A stretch of 64,000 nt of DNA from the human T2T-CHM13v2.0 reference genome, Homo sapiens: the NCBI RefSeq assembly GCF_009914755.1, contig NC_060944.1, one strand, 5' to 3'. Below the pieces are notes generated by a model that saw only the letters and a list, made by a program, of their open reading frames with translations, did not search any database and had not been told where the DNA came from. A program made the translations under genes and the position numbers. Below are positions 39,190 to 53,650 of the stretch, in pieces; position 1 is the first letter of the stretch, and each line of letters starts with the position of its first letter.

Positions 39190-39790
39190 TTTATTGACTG
39201 ATTGATGCCTTCTTTCAGGATTGATTGGGCATTGGTCCATCTCAGGCCCCATCTTTCATGCTGTGAGCCACACAGACAAGCTCCTGATTCTCATGAAGCT
39301 TCCATTCTAGGGGGAGGTGTCAGAATTAAGGAATAAACAAAGAACAATTAGAAAGCATCTGATTTTGATCAGTGTTACGGAAAAAGGGAATGAGGAATAG
39401 GTCGTGATGGGGGTCGATGGGAGGCGTCCTTTGGATCAGGAGCCATGGGAAAAGGAATTTGATTGAGGGAAGGAGTCATTCCTATAACCAGCCAAGGAAG
39501 AACATTCCAGGCAGAGGGACCAGCCGCTGCAAAGGCACCCAAGCCGGAGGGAGACGGAGGTGCTTGAGGAACACAGAAGGACATTGCAGCTGGGGATTAG
39601 GGAGAGAAGGAGAAGAATTGGAGCGTCTTGCAGGGCTGGACCATCTAAGGTCTTGTCTGCCATGGTAAGGAGTTTAGATTTTATTCTAAGTAGCAGAGGG
39701 AGTCCATGGAAGGTTGGAAGAATGAAGTGACATTAATGAATTCATGTCTCCATATATCACTCTGATTATTGTGTGGAGCTTGAATTGTAG
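39190..39790 (-). mobile_element. L2 fragment
   Basis: aagaacattccaggcagaggga...tgcaaaggc; ggagtttagattttattctaagt. Confidence 0.75.
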
Positions 39791-41162
39791 TGGGACACTG
39801 AGCAGGAACAGAAGCCAGTGGGCCACCGCTGTGGCCTCTCTGGGGACACAGCCACCCCCTCAACAGGGAGCAAGGCAGCTCCCTGAGCCCCCTTGCCTTG
39901 TTTCCCCTCGCCAGCCCTCACCCTCATGGGGTTGATGTCTTTAGGAGTATAGCATGATTCCGGCACACCATCTTTTTTTATTTCTTTTATATCAACACAT
40001 GTCTTTAGTGAAGTCACTCAATGCCTTTCAGCAACTCTAAAAATTTACCAGGTTTCTTTTTCCAACATTACTTTGACACATGCCAAGAATGACAAAAATG
40101 CATCTCTCTTCAACTGACTTCTTTCTGCTGTTGAGCTGCCTTCAGTCTTGAGCACTGGGGAAGAATAAATAGAAACCCAGAATGGGACTGAGGAGACCCA
40201 GTTCCACAGGGAGAAAACCACCTTGAGGTTTCAGAAGGGTATTTGGGGGTTCCCAGCGCTCCCTAAAATAGGAGAGGTGGCAAGAGGACCTTGGTCCCAT
40301 GAACACTCCAGCACTACATGGGATACTCTGAGGACACAGAGGCTGTGGCTTTTCTTGCCTGTTGGTGGGTTCTCTTCTCTGCCTCTATCCTGTGCTACCA
40401 GCCACCCTCATTGAGAATTTGGAATTCTTAAGTCTAGGGAGCCAGGACAATTTAGGGAGGATGCTCTAAATAGCTTTCTGGTTTTGTCTCCTCCCAGGGT
40501 CAGATGAACTGAGGTTTTTCTTTAGCAGGCTGAAGGGGCTGTGTCTGGGTTCTTGTGGCTAATAGAGGGCTGTTTTGTTGTGGGATCATCCTGCCAGAAA
40601 CTGGGAGGGCCAGGGAAGTGTCCTTCAAAGCTGTGAGTGATTCTTTAAAGAGGGGCAGTGGTTGTAAACCCTTCACACTTCAAGCCATGTGGCTGTCTGT
40701 CTGTTTATCTGTCATCTGTCTGAGGAGTGAGGGGATGTGTAGTGGGACAGTGGGTGTCCCTGGAAAGAAATTTATCCCTGACATCAGTAGTTGTGGTCAG
40801 ACATTCAGTTGGTTATGAAGAGTGGTACCCTTTTATCTTCCCCCCTGGACTTAATATTTATCTGCCCTAATGCATCTGTTCATTACAACCAGGGTGCTCA
40901 AACTAGGGGCTGAGAAACAGATTCTGGTGGGAGCTTCAGTGGCCCCAGCAGATGCAGGAGTCTTAGGGGGAAGTGACAGATTTGGCCTGTTGCAAAGAGC
41001 GGTGTGGGAAGAGAAGGGAATCGTTTCACCAAAGCGGTTTGTGGTATCAGTAATAATCAGAGAACTAGGGAGAAACGAAATTTTTTAAAAGAATACATTT
41101 TTGTGTGGGAATTTGTATTTCGTTGAGCAAACAATATGTTACTGGTGAGTCCAGTCTTGCTA

Positions 41163-41219
41163 GTGTGTGTGTGTGTGTGTGTGAGTGTGTGTGTGTGTGA
41201 GAGTGTGTGTGTGTGTGTG
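41163..41219. repeat. Interrupted (TG)n microsatellite
   Basis: Direct observation. Confidence 0.97.
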
Positions 41220-41474
41220 CAGTATAACTGATTATTTTACTGCCCTGGGGATTAGGTGAGTTGATGACTGAACACGGTAATTCTGAAAAATGGAGGGGAA
41301 GGAGCGACATTAGTATAACGATTGCATATTCTGTTGCCTAGCCTCAGTGCCAGTAAATTGTCCTCCACCACACGTGACTTGGTCTTTGATTTTTGAATGT
41401 AGCCATAAGGTTCTTAAGCTGGAATAATGTGTGAGGTCAAACTGCCTGTTTCCATTTATGGTGAAAGAAGACAA

Positions 41475-41593
41475 GAAGAGACATGGTTGTGCATCCTGTG
41501 AGTATACTAAAAAAGGGTGGAATTGTACATTTTCAATGGTTAAAATGTATGACAGGTGCATTATATCAGAAGAAAAGCTGTTAAAAAAAAAAA
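41475..41593 (+). mobile_element. L1M 3' terminus
   Basis: gtgagtatactaaaa...gaattgtacatttt...aaagctgttaaaaaa. Confidence 0.65.
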
Positions 41594-41754
41594 GACAGCA
41601 AAGAGAAATAGACAAGTGTGACTATGAAGAAATCAAATTGTAAAAGTCACACAGGAAACAAAACATGTAAATGGGTGGTCGTTGTCTCCGTGAGTATGGT
41701 CCGTTTATCCTAATGACTTGTTATTGGCCAAAGGTCCTGAGAGCCAGACTGTGG

Positions 41755-41900
41755 GAATAGCTTTCAGAGCCTGGGATGTATTCCCTTCAGTATTCTCAGT
41801 GCAGTCAAATGTTGTCCTTGGAGAGTGGCTTGATTTTTGGAGATAGCTAAAATAATTCAAAAGTGGGTTTGGTAATTAAATAAAATGATCAAACTGAGAA
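41755..41900. mobile_element. MARNA-like mariner fragment
   Basis: ctttcagagcctg...gtccttggagagtggcttgatttttggagatagc resembles recalled MARNA consensus. Confidence 0.5.
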
Positions 41901-42151
41901 ATATCAACACAGTAAAAAAAATAAAGAGTGCTATGAAGCATACAAAAGTATATGAAGTATATCAACACAGTAAAAAAAAAGAATTCTGTAATGTAAGGCA
42001 ACAGACTTAATTTTTTTCTGAGCTCTCATATATTGATTCCATAAGTGATCATCTTTTTCACTGGTAAAGTTGGCTAGTTTTCAAACACCAAGATTCAGTG
42101 CCAACATCAATGTGACTGTCTTACAATTTGTGAACTACCAGTGAAGTTCAT

Positions 42152-42535
42152 TGTCTTAGGTGGGTTCCTAAAGAAGGCAACCCAAGTCAAGCCAATTAAG
42201 GGAATTTCAGCAAGCAGGTGATTGCTGTGGGCAGCTGGGACTCATTGCAATTTGGCACCTCTGGGAGCCTCTGTAGGACACGCCTCAGAGCTCTGTAAGC
42301 CAGGAAACATGGACGCTGGGGGGCTCATCTGCTGATTCCCACCTGCCATTCGCTGAGCCCTGCTTCTAGGGGTGTTTGTTGGCACTGCTGGCTTGACCCA
42401 TCCTGCATGTGGGCTGAATGTCCCCTCCCAGCCAGAAACTAAGCATACAGACACAGGGTTAGCATGTCAGTGGTGAACAGCCTCTGCTGTGCCATATGCA
42501 GGAGATAGGCACAGAGCACTGCAGCACCTGGTACT
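42152..42535 (-). mobile_element. ERVL solo LTR, LTR16 family, internally deleted
   Basis: tgtcttaggtgggttcc...gctgtgggcagctgggactca...acacgcctcagag. Confidence 0.65.
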
Positions 42536-42539
42536 TTAG

Positions 42540-42722
42540 TCTGAATCAGAACTTTCTTTGATGATGGACATATTCTCCCTCTGCACTGTGCAGTAATATA
42601 GCTTGAAATAGGACTGGAATATGACTGAAGAACTAAATTTTTAATATTATTTAATTTTAGTTTAATTTTAAATAGCTACATACGGTTATTGGCTACCATC
42701 ATGGATAGTGAAAGTCTAAATA
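42540..42722. mobile_element. MER3/MER33-like hAT-Charlie MITE
   Basis: agaactttctttgatgatgga...actgaagaactaaatttttaa...tggctacc. Confidence 0.75.
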
Positions 42723-43730
42723 GAATATTAGAAAATGAATCCCTCAAAGTCTCATAGTCTCAAAGTTAGGAATTAAGAGGGCTAGAATGAAATGAGTGGT
42801 GTCCACGGATATATATCCACTGCCCCTTAAATCTTGTCTTTTCTACTTTAGCTGGATGGGTTTCCAGCTTCTCTTAGCCCACAGATAGGACTTTGTGTGC
42901 TCAGCTGAAGATAATTGCTAATTAATGAAATTCAACAGTTTTTTCGAGGACCACTGTAGGAAATTGCTGTGGCCCTGCATCCTAGCTCTGCACACAGAGA
43001 ACAGTAATTGCTGGAGCCTTCAGTGATAAGGAATTCATTCCTGTAGGACTGCCCAAGTGCTTGACTTAGCCCAGATAAAGGCTGCTCAGGTAAATATTGT
43101 TGCAAGGGGGTTACTGGAATTATGCCTCCAGCTCAATGCCCATATTTGAAGATAGTAATGGTTAGGCAATTTTGCCTAGTCCTTTCCAGATTCAGTGTAT
43201 TGACCAGCTCTTGACTTTTAAGGTGAAATAATTGAAGCTGGCAATCAGATCACTGGGTCAAGGGTATTCAGAAGATTATTCACACCTGTTTCTGAAAAGC
43301 ATCCTGCATGATCAACAATTCATTTTAAATTGAGTTAGCATCAATTAACTTGTATTGAAAATGGGTAATGATGATGTAGAACATACATGACCAGTGTGTG
43401 GGATATTTGACTCATTTCATGCCATCTTTCTCCCTTATTTTGCCCAAGACAGACATTGCTAATCAATCACAGTGCCCTTTCATGTGGACCCACCATATAG
43501 CCCCTGGGTCTTTCTTAACACAACATCTCTGGTACATAACTGCAAGTCCATCAAGATGAATATGTTCAGTAAGAAATAATTAGTCATTTCTGTCATAACA
43601 TAACAATGGGTGATTCAGATATCACTTAGAAGTAAGACTTTAATAGACTACTTGTTGTTTCTTAACTCCAGGGAGTGAGGGCACCAGCATTACTGTGTAT
43701 TTCCCCTCTTCTCTCTCTGTCCTTTAGGCC

Positions 43731-43919
43731 AGGGCTCGGGAAACTACCCCCGTTTTTGTGAATAAAGGTTTACTGGACATAGCCCATAGACACACCTGTT
43801 GGTTTATGTGTTATCTGTGGCTGCTTTTGTGGTAGAACAGTGCATTCAAGACTGTTTGACCTGCCAAGCCTAAAAGATTTACTACCTTGCCCTTTATAGA
43901 AAAAGTTTTCTGACTCCTG
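43731..43919. mobile_element. MER58A-like hAT-Charlie MITE
   Basis: tttgtgaataaaggtttactgga...tggctgctttt...ccctttatagaaaaagttt. Confidence 0.75.
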
Positions 43920-43928
43920 CCCTGGGCA

Positions 43929-44225
43929 TTTTTTATTTATTTATTTATTTTTTTGAGACGAAGTCTCACTCTGTCACCCAGGCTGGCATGCCGTGGCTCA
44001 CTGCAACCTCCGCCTCCCGGGTTCAAGCGATTCTCATCCCTCAGCTTCCTGAGTAGCTGGAATTACAGGCGCCTGCCACCACACCTGGATAATTTTTGTA
44101 TTTTTAGTAGAGACCAGGTTTCACCATGTTGGCCAGACTGGTCTTGAACTCCTGGCCTCAATCTGCCCCCACTTGGCTTCCCAAAGTGCTGGGATTAGAG
44201 GCGTGAGCCACTGTGCCCGCCCGCC
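43929..44225 (-). mobile_element. AluS with short right-arm deletion
   Basis: (TTTA)n tail; TSD ctcctgccctgg(g/a)c at 43914-43927 and 44252-44265. Confidence 0.93.
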
Positions 44226-44499
44226 ACCCCCCACCCCCCACCCCCCACCCCCTCCTGCCCTGGACTCTTATTTTGACTTTTATACAGGGAGAAAACCACT
44301 CCTTCCTGTTGGCACAGAGAGCCACGTTAGATTCGCCTATGCTTGTCCTCTCCTAGACTGGGTAAAACCGGTAGGCCTTACTACTTACAAAACTTCCTCT
44401 TTATAAAATGTACACGAACATGCTATGTGGCCATGATGGAAATTTTAAATCCCAGCACATCATGTTAATTCATTACAGAGACAGAACTTCTCAAGCATA

Positions 44500-45025
<526 letters not shown>

Positions 45026-45162
45026 AGTCCACACATGGTAGTTCTTCTTGAAGCAGCATGTTTTAGTAAATAAGATGATGGACTTGTTATGAGCTCAGAA
45101 CAAGCTCATATTTGCCATGTGTCTTGGGGAAAGATTCTCCATTTATGCCTTGGGAACCCTAT

Positions 45163-45634
45163 TGTTATCAGTTAGCTACAGCTGTATAACAAACTACGCT
45201 AAAACATGGTCGTTTCTAACGCTAAGCATTTACTATGGCTTATGAGTCCATAGGTCAGCTGGGCAGTTATGTTGCTCTGGGCCAGGATCAGCTGGTGGTT
45301 GCTGAGCTTGTTCATGCCTCTGTGATCATCTGGTGGTCAGCTTGGGGCTGGCTCGATTAGGATGGCCTCTCATGTCTTGTGGTTGGCTGGCTTTTGGCTG
45401 GCACTTGCCTCTCATCACTCAGTAGCCAGTTGAGACTTGTTCATAGGGTGGTGGCAGGGGTGGCACAGCATCACTTCCTTCAATTATCTTGCCCATATCA
45501 AGTCACAAAGATGGCCCATCTTCAGGGGATAGAGGCACCACAGGATGGGAGGAGAAAAATCCAATTGCAAAGGGCGTGGATACAGGGATGAATGGAGAAC
45601 TGGGAAGAAAAAAATGTTGTAATTATCTATCACA
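45163..45634 (-). mobile_element. MaLR solo LTR, MLT1H-like
   Basis: tcagttagctacagctgtataacaaacta...gcaaagggcgtggatacaggga...ctatcaca. Confidence 0.75.
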
Positions 45635-46149
45635 TTGGCCCCTTCACCAAGATGGTAAAAAATATACTGTTTTCCTTTAATAGAAAGAAGCTATTAAATA
45701 AAGCTTTTCATTAGGAAGTTTCGCATGGCAAAGTCAAGCTCTCCCCTGCCCTGTCACTCTTGCTCTGGCTTTGGTCAGCAGAGCCTCTGACATGGCAGGA
45801 GGTTAATTTGGGTCCTGCCTCCCAGGGTTTGTCTCTTGTGTGACAGGGTCAGCAAACCTTGGGGCCTGTTGGCTGGTTGCATATCGGATTTCTTCCTCTG
45901 ACATTCTCACAAGTTCCACAGCCCTTGGATTGGTTTATGAAGGAGCCCTCATGTCCTCCACTTCTCAGACGTGTGGAACTCCCTGAGGCTGTGTCTGCAG
46001 ATTGCCACTGAGACCACTTGAGAAGTGAGAATCGTGTCTGCTCAGTGCATTGTCTTGGCCTCTGGGATCAAGGCCTCCTGTCCAACCTGCCCATATGATC
46101 ACAATGCCTGTTCTATTTCAGCCAGTTGTTTGGATGAACTGTTGAGATG

Positions 46150-46390
46150 TATGAGGCATTTAAGAGCTTGGCTCTGGAGTCAAATGCAACGTGGAAATCT
46201 GGCTCCTTTACATGCAGATGTGACCTTGGGCAAGATGCTGACCTCAAGGGACTTCAGGTTTTACATCAATAGAATAGGAGTAATAACAGTGCTTATGATA
46301 TGGGGCTGCGAAAATTGCATGGGCTTGAGAAGCACCTTACCTGTGTGTGTGGAATAAGCCCTCACTCAATGATAGAGGTTATTAGCACGA
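46150..46390 (+). mobile_element. MIR
   Basis: ggctctggagtcaaa...tgtgaccttgggcaag. Confidence 0.65.
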
Positions 46391-47598
46391 TTATTTTTAT
46401 GACTCTGACCCCACCATATATGACGAGTTTCACCTCTTCAAAGGAGTCTCTATTACCTTTTTTTAAGGCTGGGAAGGCTTAGTTTTAGCACATCCATGGG
46501 TTGTCACAGAGATGTCATTTTTGATTCACACAGGGATGTTCCACATTTTGAATGGGATAGCTGGTCCTCAGCAAAGGGACACTGCCAAGATTCGGAAGAG
46601 CTGTGAACTTGCTGAGTCGTGGAGAAGCATTCTTGGACACATAGCTCCCAACAAGCCTGACTCTGTTTGTAATTAATTTGAATGCTTCCAGAGCTTCCTT
46701 TTATACCCTCCCTGTTGTAATTCCATGGGGAGTTCATCGGGCCGGAGCTGCAGTTCAGATCATTGCGTTCAGTGCTCATTCTTACCATCTGGGCTTCATT
46801 TGAGTGGAGGGCAGTTATTTTTTAGGTATCTAGTTTTTTTTTTCCCCTTGTGCAGCATCTGTGGGTGTTTGTACCGCAGAAGGAAGCATGTAAATAAATG
46901 CACTTGATGAAGAATCAGTAAGAATATTAATTCCTAAGCTATCACTCAGTCTATATAACCATTTGTAAAAGAGAAAAATGTCATTTCACTTATTTAGCTG
47001 TTCAAGAATTCTAATATTTCTCATTTTATAAGGAAAAGTAGAAGAAACAGGTTAGGAAGACTAAACCCAAAGTATGACAGTGCTAGAAGAAACAGAAATT
47101 GTTAAGTAAATGCTGGAGTTGCATTTCACATTGCCTCCCACATGGTGTTTTAGAGAGATACCACCCCGATCTACCTGCTGGGGAAAAGTGTGTCCTTAAC
47201 CCAAAGCTTCCAAGTTTGCCAAGACTTGGGGGCTGAGGGCCAGAAACCAACCAGGAGATAGGGTACCAGGGTAACCTGGAGACAACCCTCATCAGATGCA
47301 TGTGGACACCTCTCCAAGCCAGTAACATTTTACTAAGCATGTTTGATAAATTAGGCTTAACCAACAGCACATTGGGTAGAGAGAAGAAGGGAGGAAGGCA
47401 GAGGAATTCTAGAAGGAAAATGAGTGAGTTCCATATAATCTGCAAAAGAATTCCTTCTGGCAGTTTATGAAACGAGATGTTTGATGAAAGTAACATTCTA
47501 ACCAGGACCCTGCACCTTGGCAGCCTGTCTTCTGTCTCTGGGACTTGGGGCATGTGGGGGATCCAAGGGGTGGGCTCAGGTGTTCAGGTTTGGGATGG

Positions 47599-48061
47599 TG
47601 TTGTGGATTGAATTGTGTCCCTTAAAAGAAGATATGTTGGCGTCTTAGTCCTAACCCCCAGTAACTCACAATGTGACCTTATTTAGAGATAAGGTTTTTA
47701 CAGAGGTAATTAAGTTAAAATGAGTTTATTAGTATCGTACTAATTCAGCATGCCAGGTGTCCTGATAAAAAGGGGACATATGAACACAGACATGCACACA
47801 GGGAGCACTCCATGTGAAGATAAAGGCAGTTGTTGGGAGGCTGTGCCTGCAAGATGAGGAAAACCAAAGCTTAGCAGCAAACCATCAGAAGCTGGAGAGA
47901 GGCATGAAACAAATTCTCCCTAACAACCTCAGAAGGAACCAGCTTTGCTGACACCTTGATCTAGGACTTCTAGCCTCCAGAACTGTCAGAGAATACGTTT
48001 CCATGGTTTAAGCCAATCAGTCTGTGGTAGTTTTTGACAGCATCCCTAGCAAACGAATACA
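47599..48061 (+). mobile_element. MaLR solo LTR, MLT1C-like, intact
   Basis: TG...CA ends with perfect 5-bp TSD gatgg at 47594-47598 and 48062-48066. Confidence 0.9.
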
Positions 48062-48624
48062 GATGGTGTCGTGATAAAAGGCGTGGATCTTCTCACTGCA
48101 TCACCCCACTTTCCTGTTTCCACCATCCCCACAGCCTGGGCAGGGAGGAAGAGTGGGGTGAAGAGAGGCCATTGACAAAATTTGGGGATCAGGCATTCCC
48201 AGGTCCTCCAACATGAGGTTGGGAACCGCTTGGCAACTTAGATTCCTGTGTTTCAAATAAACATCCAGAAATAACATGATGAGCTCAGATTTCTGCCTCT
48301 TATCTTGTCATCTAGTTTTTCTGTTTATAACAAAAATGGTAATATGAAAAGTACAGTTGTATGATGTGATTTGTTGAGGGAGCGACACAGTTGCACAGGG
48401 TAATTTGTGTGCAGATCACATGTTATCCCCACCACCATGGAATGAAGGAGGTCTCATTGGGCCCCTTTTGTGAAGCAGCTGACTTGTACAGGAGGCAGTG
48501 ACTTGTACACAGTGAATGATAGAACCACAGTTCAAGTTCAGGACTCTTGATTTGCTTGCATGTAAGCTCTTCCCTCCTACCTGTAGGATGAGTGCACCAA
48601 GGTCTGGCTGGGATGGCCCAGAGA

Positions 48625-48740
48625 GTTCTGAAAATACAGATGCCTGAACCATCCCCAGAGGGGCTGAACTAATTGGTCTGGGATGTGGTCTGGGTAGCGG
48701 GAGTTTTTGAGTCTTCCAGGTGGATACCCACCACAGTAGG
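48625..48740. mobile_element. MER5A-like fragment
   Basis: aaaatacagatgcctg...aattggtctgggatgtgg...ccaggtgg. Confidence 0.6.
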
Positions 48741-48794
48741 CAAACCAGCAAAGCATTTTAGGTTGACAGCAGCCTGGAGAGGTTAGCTTATTCA

Positions 48795-48966
48795 GAAGTT
48801 CTCAGGGGCTTGTGACAATCCCCGGGAAAGCCATTCCTAAAATACAGATTCCTGGGACCTGCCCAGACATAACAGATCAGAATTTCCAGGAGTGGAGTCC
48901 AGGAATCTGTATTTTACAAAAGGCCCAGAGGTCATCTGAGGATCACGTAGGTTTGGGAACTGGACC
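48795..48966. mobile_element. MER5A/MER5B-like MITE
   Basis: aaaatacagattcctggg...ccaggaatctgtatttt...gtttgggaac. Confidence 0.7.
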
Positions 48967-50331
48967 TAGTCCATCCACTGTGCCTGTGGGGTGTGTTCTG
49001 GAGGGATTCTAGGCAGTAAAGCACTCTGTTGTTTTCACTTAAAGCCTGCGCTGTAACACCTTACCAGAAACAAGGTCATCTGCTTACTTCACAGATTCCA
49101 GGGGTAAATATAGTGTCACACTAGGAAGGACTCAGGACTCAAGACAGAGTAAACACTTCTTCACTCAGCAACTGGGCACAGCTCCCAGCCACCCAGGAAC
49201 GCTAATTTGGCATTAAACAGAGACTTGCAGAAGTCCCCCAAATAGCAGCAGTTTCCCATCCTGTAGACCCACAGAATACAGCCTTTTTGATATCCTCTGT
49301 CTCAGTTCTTCATTCTGCAAATGAAGAAGTTGAAGCCAATGAAGGTATGACCATCTAATCTCTGTGACAGGCAGATCTTGGATGCCCTCTGCAATGGGCA
49401 GCTCCTAGTGCCAGCTGCTGTGTCCTTGTCATTGTCTCTGTGTGTTTCTGACCCTGGACTCATCTGGCTGCAATTCAGTGGCCACATTTGTAGATACAAT
49501 ACCTATTTTTGAAGTATTTTTGAAGAGTAAATGAGATAGCATTAAAAGCACTTTAATAGTTTATAAAATACTAGTTGTTGTTATTGTTGAAATGTCAGTT
49601 TGCATTAGATTGATATGGAAACTTAAGGTGGGGCACCAACTTTGATTTGTACCTGTAAGAATAGTCATGTAACAATATTGTTTGTGGATCTGGTTCCCTT
49701 TTGCCAGTCTTTAAAAAATTTCCTAATGCAATGCCCTATTCAGTGAGTTAAGCTAATTATCTATCTGTTCTCCTGGAGCTTAAAGCCAAGACAGAAAATA
49801 CTGGCAGTGGCAAAGATGACTGGGCCATTGGCCAGAGTGGATCCATTGATAAATCCATTTTTATGTCTTGCCCAAGCACTGTGGGAAACTGGAACAGAAC
49901 CATGGGACCTATACTCTGCCAGTGTTCCAAAAATCAGGTCCTAGGCATTCATCATGGCAAATTTCTGCTGAGTTGGCCATGTTAATCTTTGGACAGATCA
50001 GATGTTTAAGATCATATTCAATTATACAGCAATCATACATTGGAATATGGGAAACTCATTATAAATTAGGTTGTTGAATATTGAAAGACATGGGAATTTA
50101 TTTATGACAACTGTTTTAGGTGCAAAAAGCAAGCTGCAACATGGAAATGTATGTACCAAATGTTAAGAAGGAGTTTCTAGTGGAAGAAGGAGTGTCTTTT
50201 TATTTTCATCTTTGTATCTCTTGGCATTTTTTAAAGAAATGCCAATTCTTCCAGATGAAGGTGGCTTGACGGAAGAGATAACGTCGAAGGTGGGTCTTTG
50301 ATAGATGTATAAGAGTTTGAAAAGGCAGAAG

Positions 50332-50759
<428 letters not shown>

Positions 50760-50799
50760 TCAGATGGCTGACTGGTTATCAAGGCAATGTACCACTGAG

Positions 50800-51025
50800 A
50801 TTGAGAGCAGTTTGTTTGACCCACACAACCTGAGTTTGAGTCTTGGCTTTACCATTTCAATTGTGTGACCTTGGGCAAGTCAGTTTACATCACCTACTCT
50901 ATGTGTTTTCATGTGTAATATGTGGATAATAAAAGGACCAAGGTATGGGGGAAGGTTAAATGAATTAACACACGTGAAGCAATTAGACCCCTCACCTGGA
51001 GCATAGTGAGTGCTTCATAATTTAG
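50800..51025 (+). mobile_element. MIR
   Basis: tgtgtgaccttgggcaagtca...ttaaatgaattaa. Confidence 0.7.
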
Positions 51026-51948
51026 TCTATCGTATCTCATCATTACGGCAGATATTGTTTTGCACCCAGTAGAAATGTACAGCCTTACTTCTCTGAGAGT
51101 TGAAGGAGAAAAAAAAAATGGTGAGTTGGAAGTAATACTTCATGGAGTACAGGGTCTCTGTGGGGCTGTTTGGAATTGTGCAGACAGAGGGAAGACAGGA
51201 GGGCATTGCCATGAGAGGGTGGCACCAAGTGAGAGCAATTCTTCTGAGCTCAAGATTTAAAGCCAGTTCTAGTTGGAGCAGAAAGAGGGACTGGAAAGTG
51301 TTAGGAAATAATGTTGGATGCATTCAATGAAGCCAGATTATAGAGGGCCTTATGGACCAGTTGGTAGGCGTCTCACTCATAAAAAGGAAAAGGGGATTAG
51401 GACATGATTTTTACAGGTGATATACGCCTGGTGGAAATGTTACAGCATAAAGGGCCTGGACTCGGACTTGTTTTCTAAAGCCATCGGGTGATATTTCCTG
51501 TGGACCTCACCTGTAGCCAGTAATGATCTGGAAATATTTCAGATCTTAGTAATAGACCCTGGTTTCTGCACCTAGAAAGAACCATGGTGGACTTTTCTTC
51601 TGAACATTGGTTTCTGACTTGGGGAAAGCAGATGAGTATCTGTGAACACCTCCTCCTTCAGTGAATAAAGAGAACAATGGTGGATGATGGAAAGAGCAGT
51701 GAACATGTTGCAGCCACAATAAAGTGTATTGCTAATTCATTTTTTAAAATGTGTTTGTCTTCTTACTTTCCTTGATTTTTTACTACCACATTATTTTTGA
51801 AGTTTAATAATATGGTTGAGATATATGACTAGCTGGGTTTCTAGTGGATATGATACTCTGTCTCTGAGCAGTACTTGCGAGCATTCTGAATCCTAGCCTT
51901 TTACACCTTTAGATAGAGTGAAACCATAACTACATATGTACATGGCTT

Positions 51949-52396
51949 GGTCTTGGGTTGGGGTTCCCAAAGAAAAGACTCTGAGACTAGCATTTAAATT
52001 CAGTAGTTTATTTAGGAGGTAGTTGCAAGAGGCACTGGTAGCAGAGTGGGAAGTGAGACAGGCAAGGGCAGGAAGCCAAAAAAGATGTGATAATAAGTAA
52101 GTCACTTCTGTGGACAATGGGGATTCAACCCACTCAGTGGCTTGGGAGGCGGGGAGGACTGGGACACTGCAGACAGTATACCACAGGCTTGTCTCCCAAA
52201 ATAGGTGAGAATACTGTGGAGCATTTATTTACCAACTCCTGTCTGCTATTGGTTGACGTTTGCTTCTGGAGAAATTAACTCCCCAGCACTCCTGGCTTCT
52301 CCACATAATGGATGGAGCCTGGTCTGTGGCCAGAGAAAGCTCCCAGACAAGGAAGATTGAATGCCAAGGGAAAATGTGTAGAGCACCTACTACTCC
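51949..52396 (-). mobile_element. ERVL solo LTR, LTR16 family
   Basis: gtcttgggttggggttcccaaag...agtttatttaggaggt...gaagtgagacagg...gaagccaa. Confidence 0.75.
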
Positions 52397-53090
52397 ACGT
52401 CACATGGAGGGCTTAACAGTGAAAGTAATGGTGAGAAACTAGATACTTTACCCCTAAGATCAGAAATAAGGCAAAAATGTCCGTTCTCATCATTCTTATT
52501 TGACATCATACTGGAAGCCCTAGACAATGTAGTGAGACCAGAAAAGCAAAGAAAAGACACACTGATTTGGAAGAAAGAAATAAACTGGTTTTGTTCACAG
52601 CTGACACGATTGCCTGTAGAACGTCTCAAAGAATTGATAAAAATCTCCAGGAACTAATAAGTAATTATAACAAGGTTGCAGGATACAAAGACACAGGAGT
52701 TGATTGCTTTCCTATATGCCAGGAATGGAGAATTAGAAGAGTATAATTCTAACAAAATATATACAAGACTGATATGAAAAAACTGCCAAACTCTGATGAA
52801 AGAAATCAAAAAAAGAACTAAATGGATATTCCATGTTCATGAATAGGAAGAGTCAGAGTCAAGTTCTTCCCAACGTGTTCTATACTTTCAATGTAATTGT
52901 AGTAAAAATCTCAGTAATTTATTTTGTGGATATCCACAAAGTGATTTCTAAAGTTTATATTGAAAGGCAAAAGGCCCAGAATAACCAAAACAATACTGAA
53001 GAAGAACAAAATCAGAGGACTGACACTATGAGACTTCAACACTCACTGTAAAGCTACGGTAATCAAGACAATGTGGTATTGGTAAAAGAA

Positions 53091-53604
53091 GGACTAATAT
53101 CCAGAATCTACAAAGAACTCCAACAAATGAGCAAGAAAAAAACAAACAATCCCATCAAAAAGTGGGCTAAGGACATAAATAGACATTTCTCAAAAGAAGA
53201 TATACAAATGGCCAACAAGCATTTGGAAAAATGCTCAACATCACTAATTATCAGGGAAATGCAAATCAAAACCACAATGCAATACCACCTCACTCCTGCA
53301 GGAATGACCATAATCAAGAATAAAAAAAGAGTAGACGTTGGCGTGGATGTAGTGAAAAGGGAACACTTTTACACGGTTGGTGGGAAGGTAAAATAGTACC
53401 ACCACTATGGAAAACAGTGTGGAGATTCCTTAAAGGACTAAAAGTAGATTTATCGTTTGATCCAGCAATCCCACTACTAGGTATCTACCCAGAGGAAGTC
53501 ATTATACAAAAAAGATAGTTGTACATGCATGTTTATAGCAGCACAATTTGCAATTGCAAAAATATGCACCCAGCCCAAATGCCCATCAATCAATGAATAA
53601 AGAA

Positions 53605-53650
<46 letters not shown>

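Noticed and set aside
47083-47553. 156-aa minus-strand ORF in unique sequence
   Set aside because: No recognisable family or supporting gene structure
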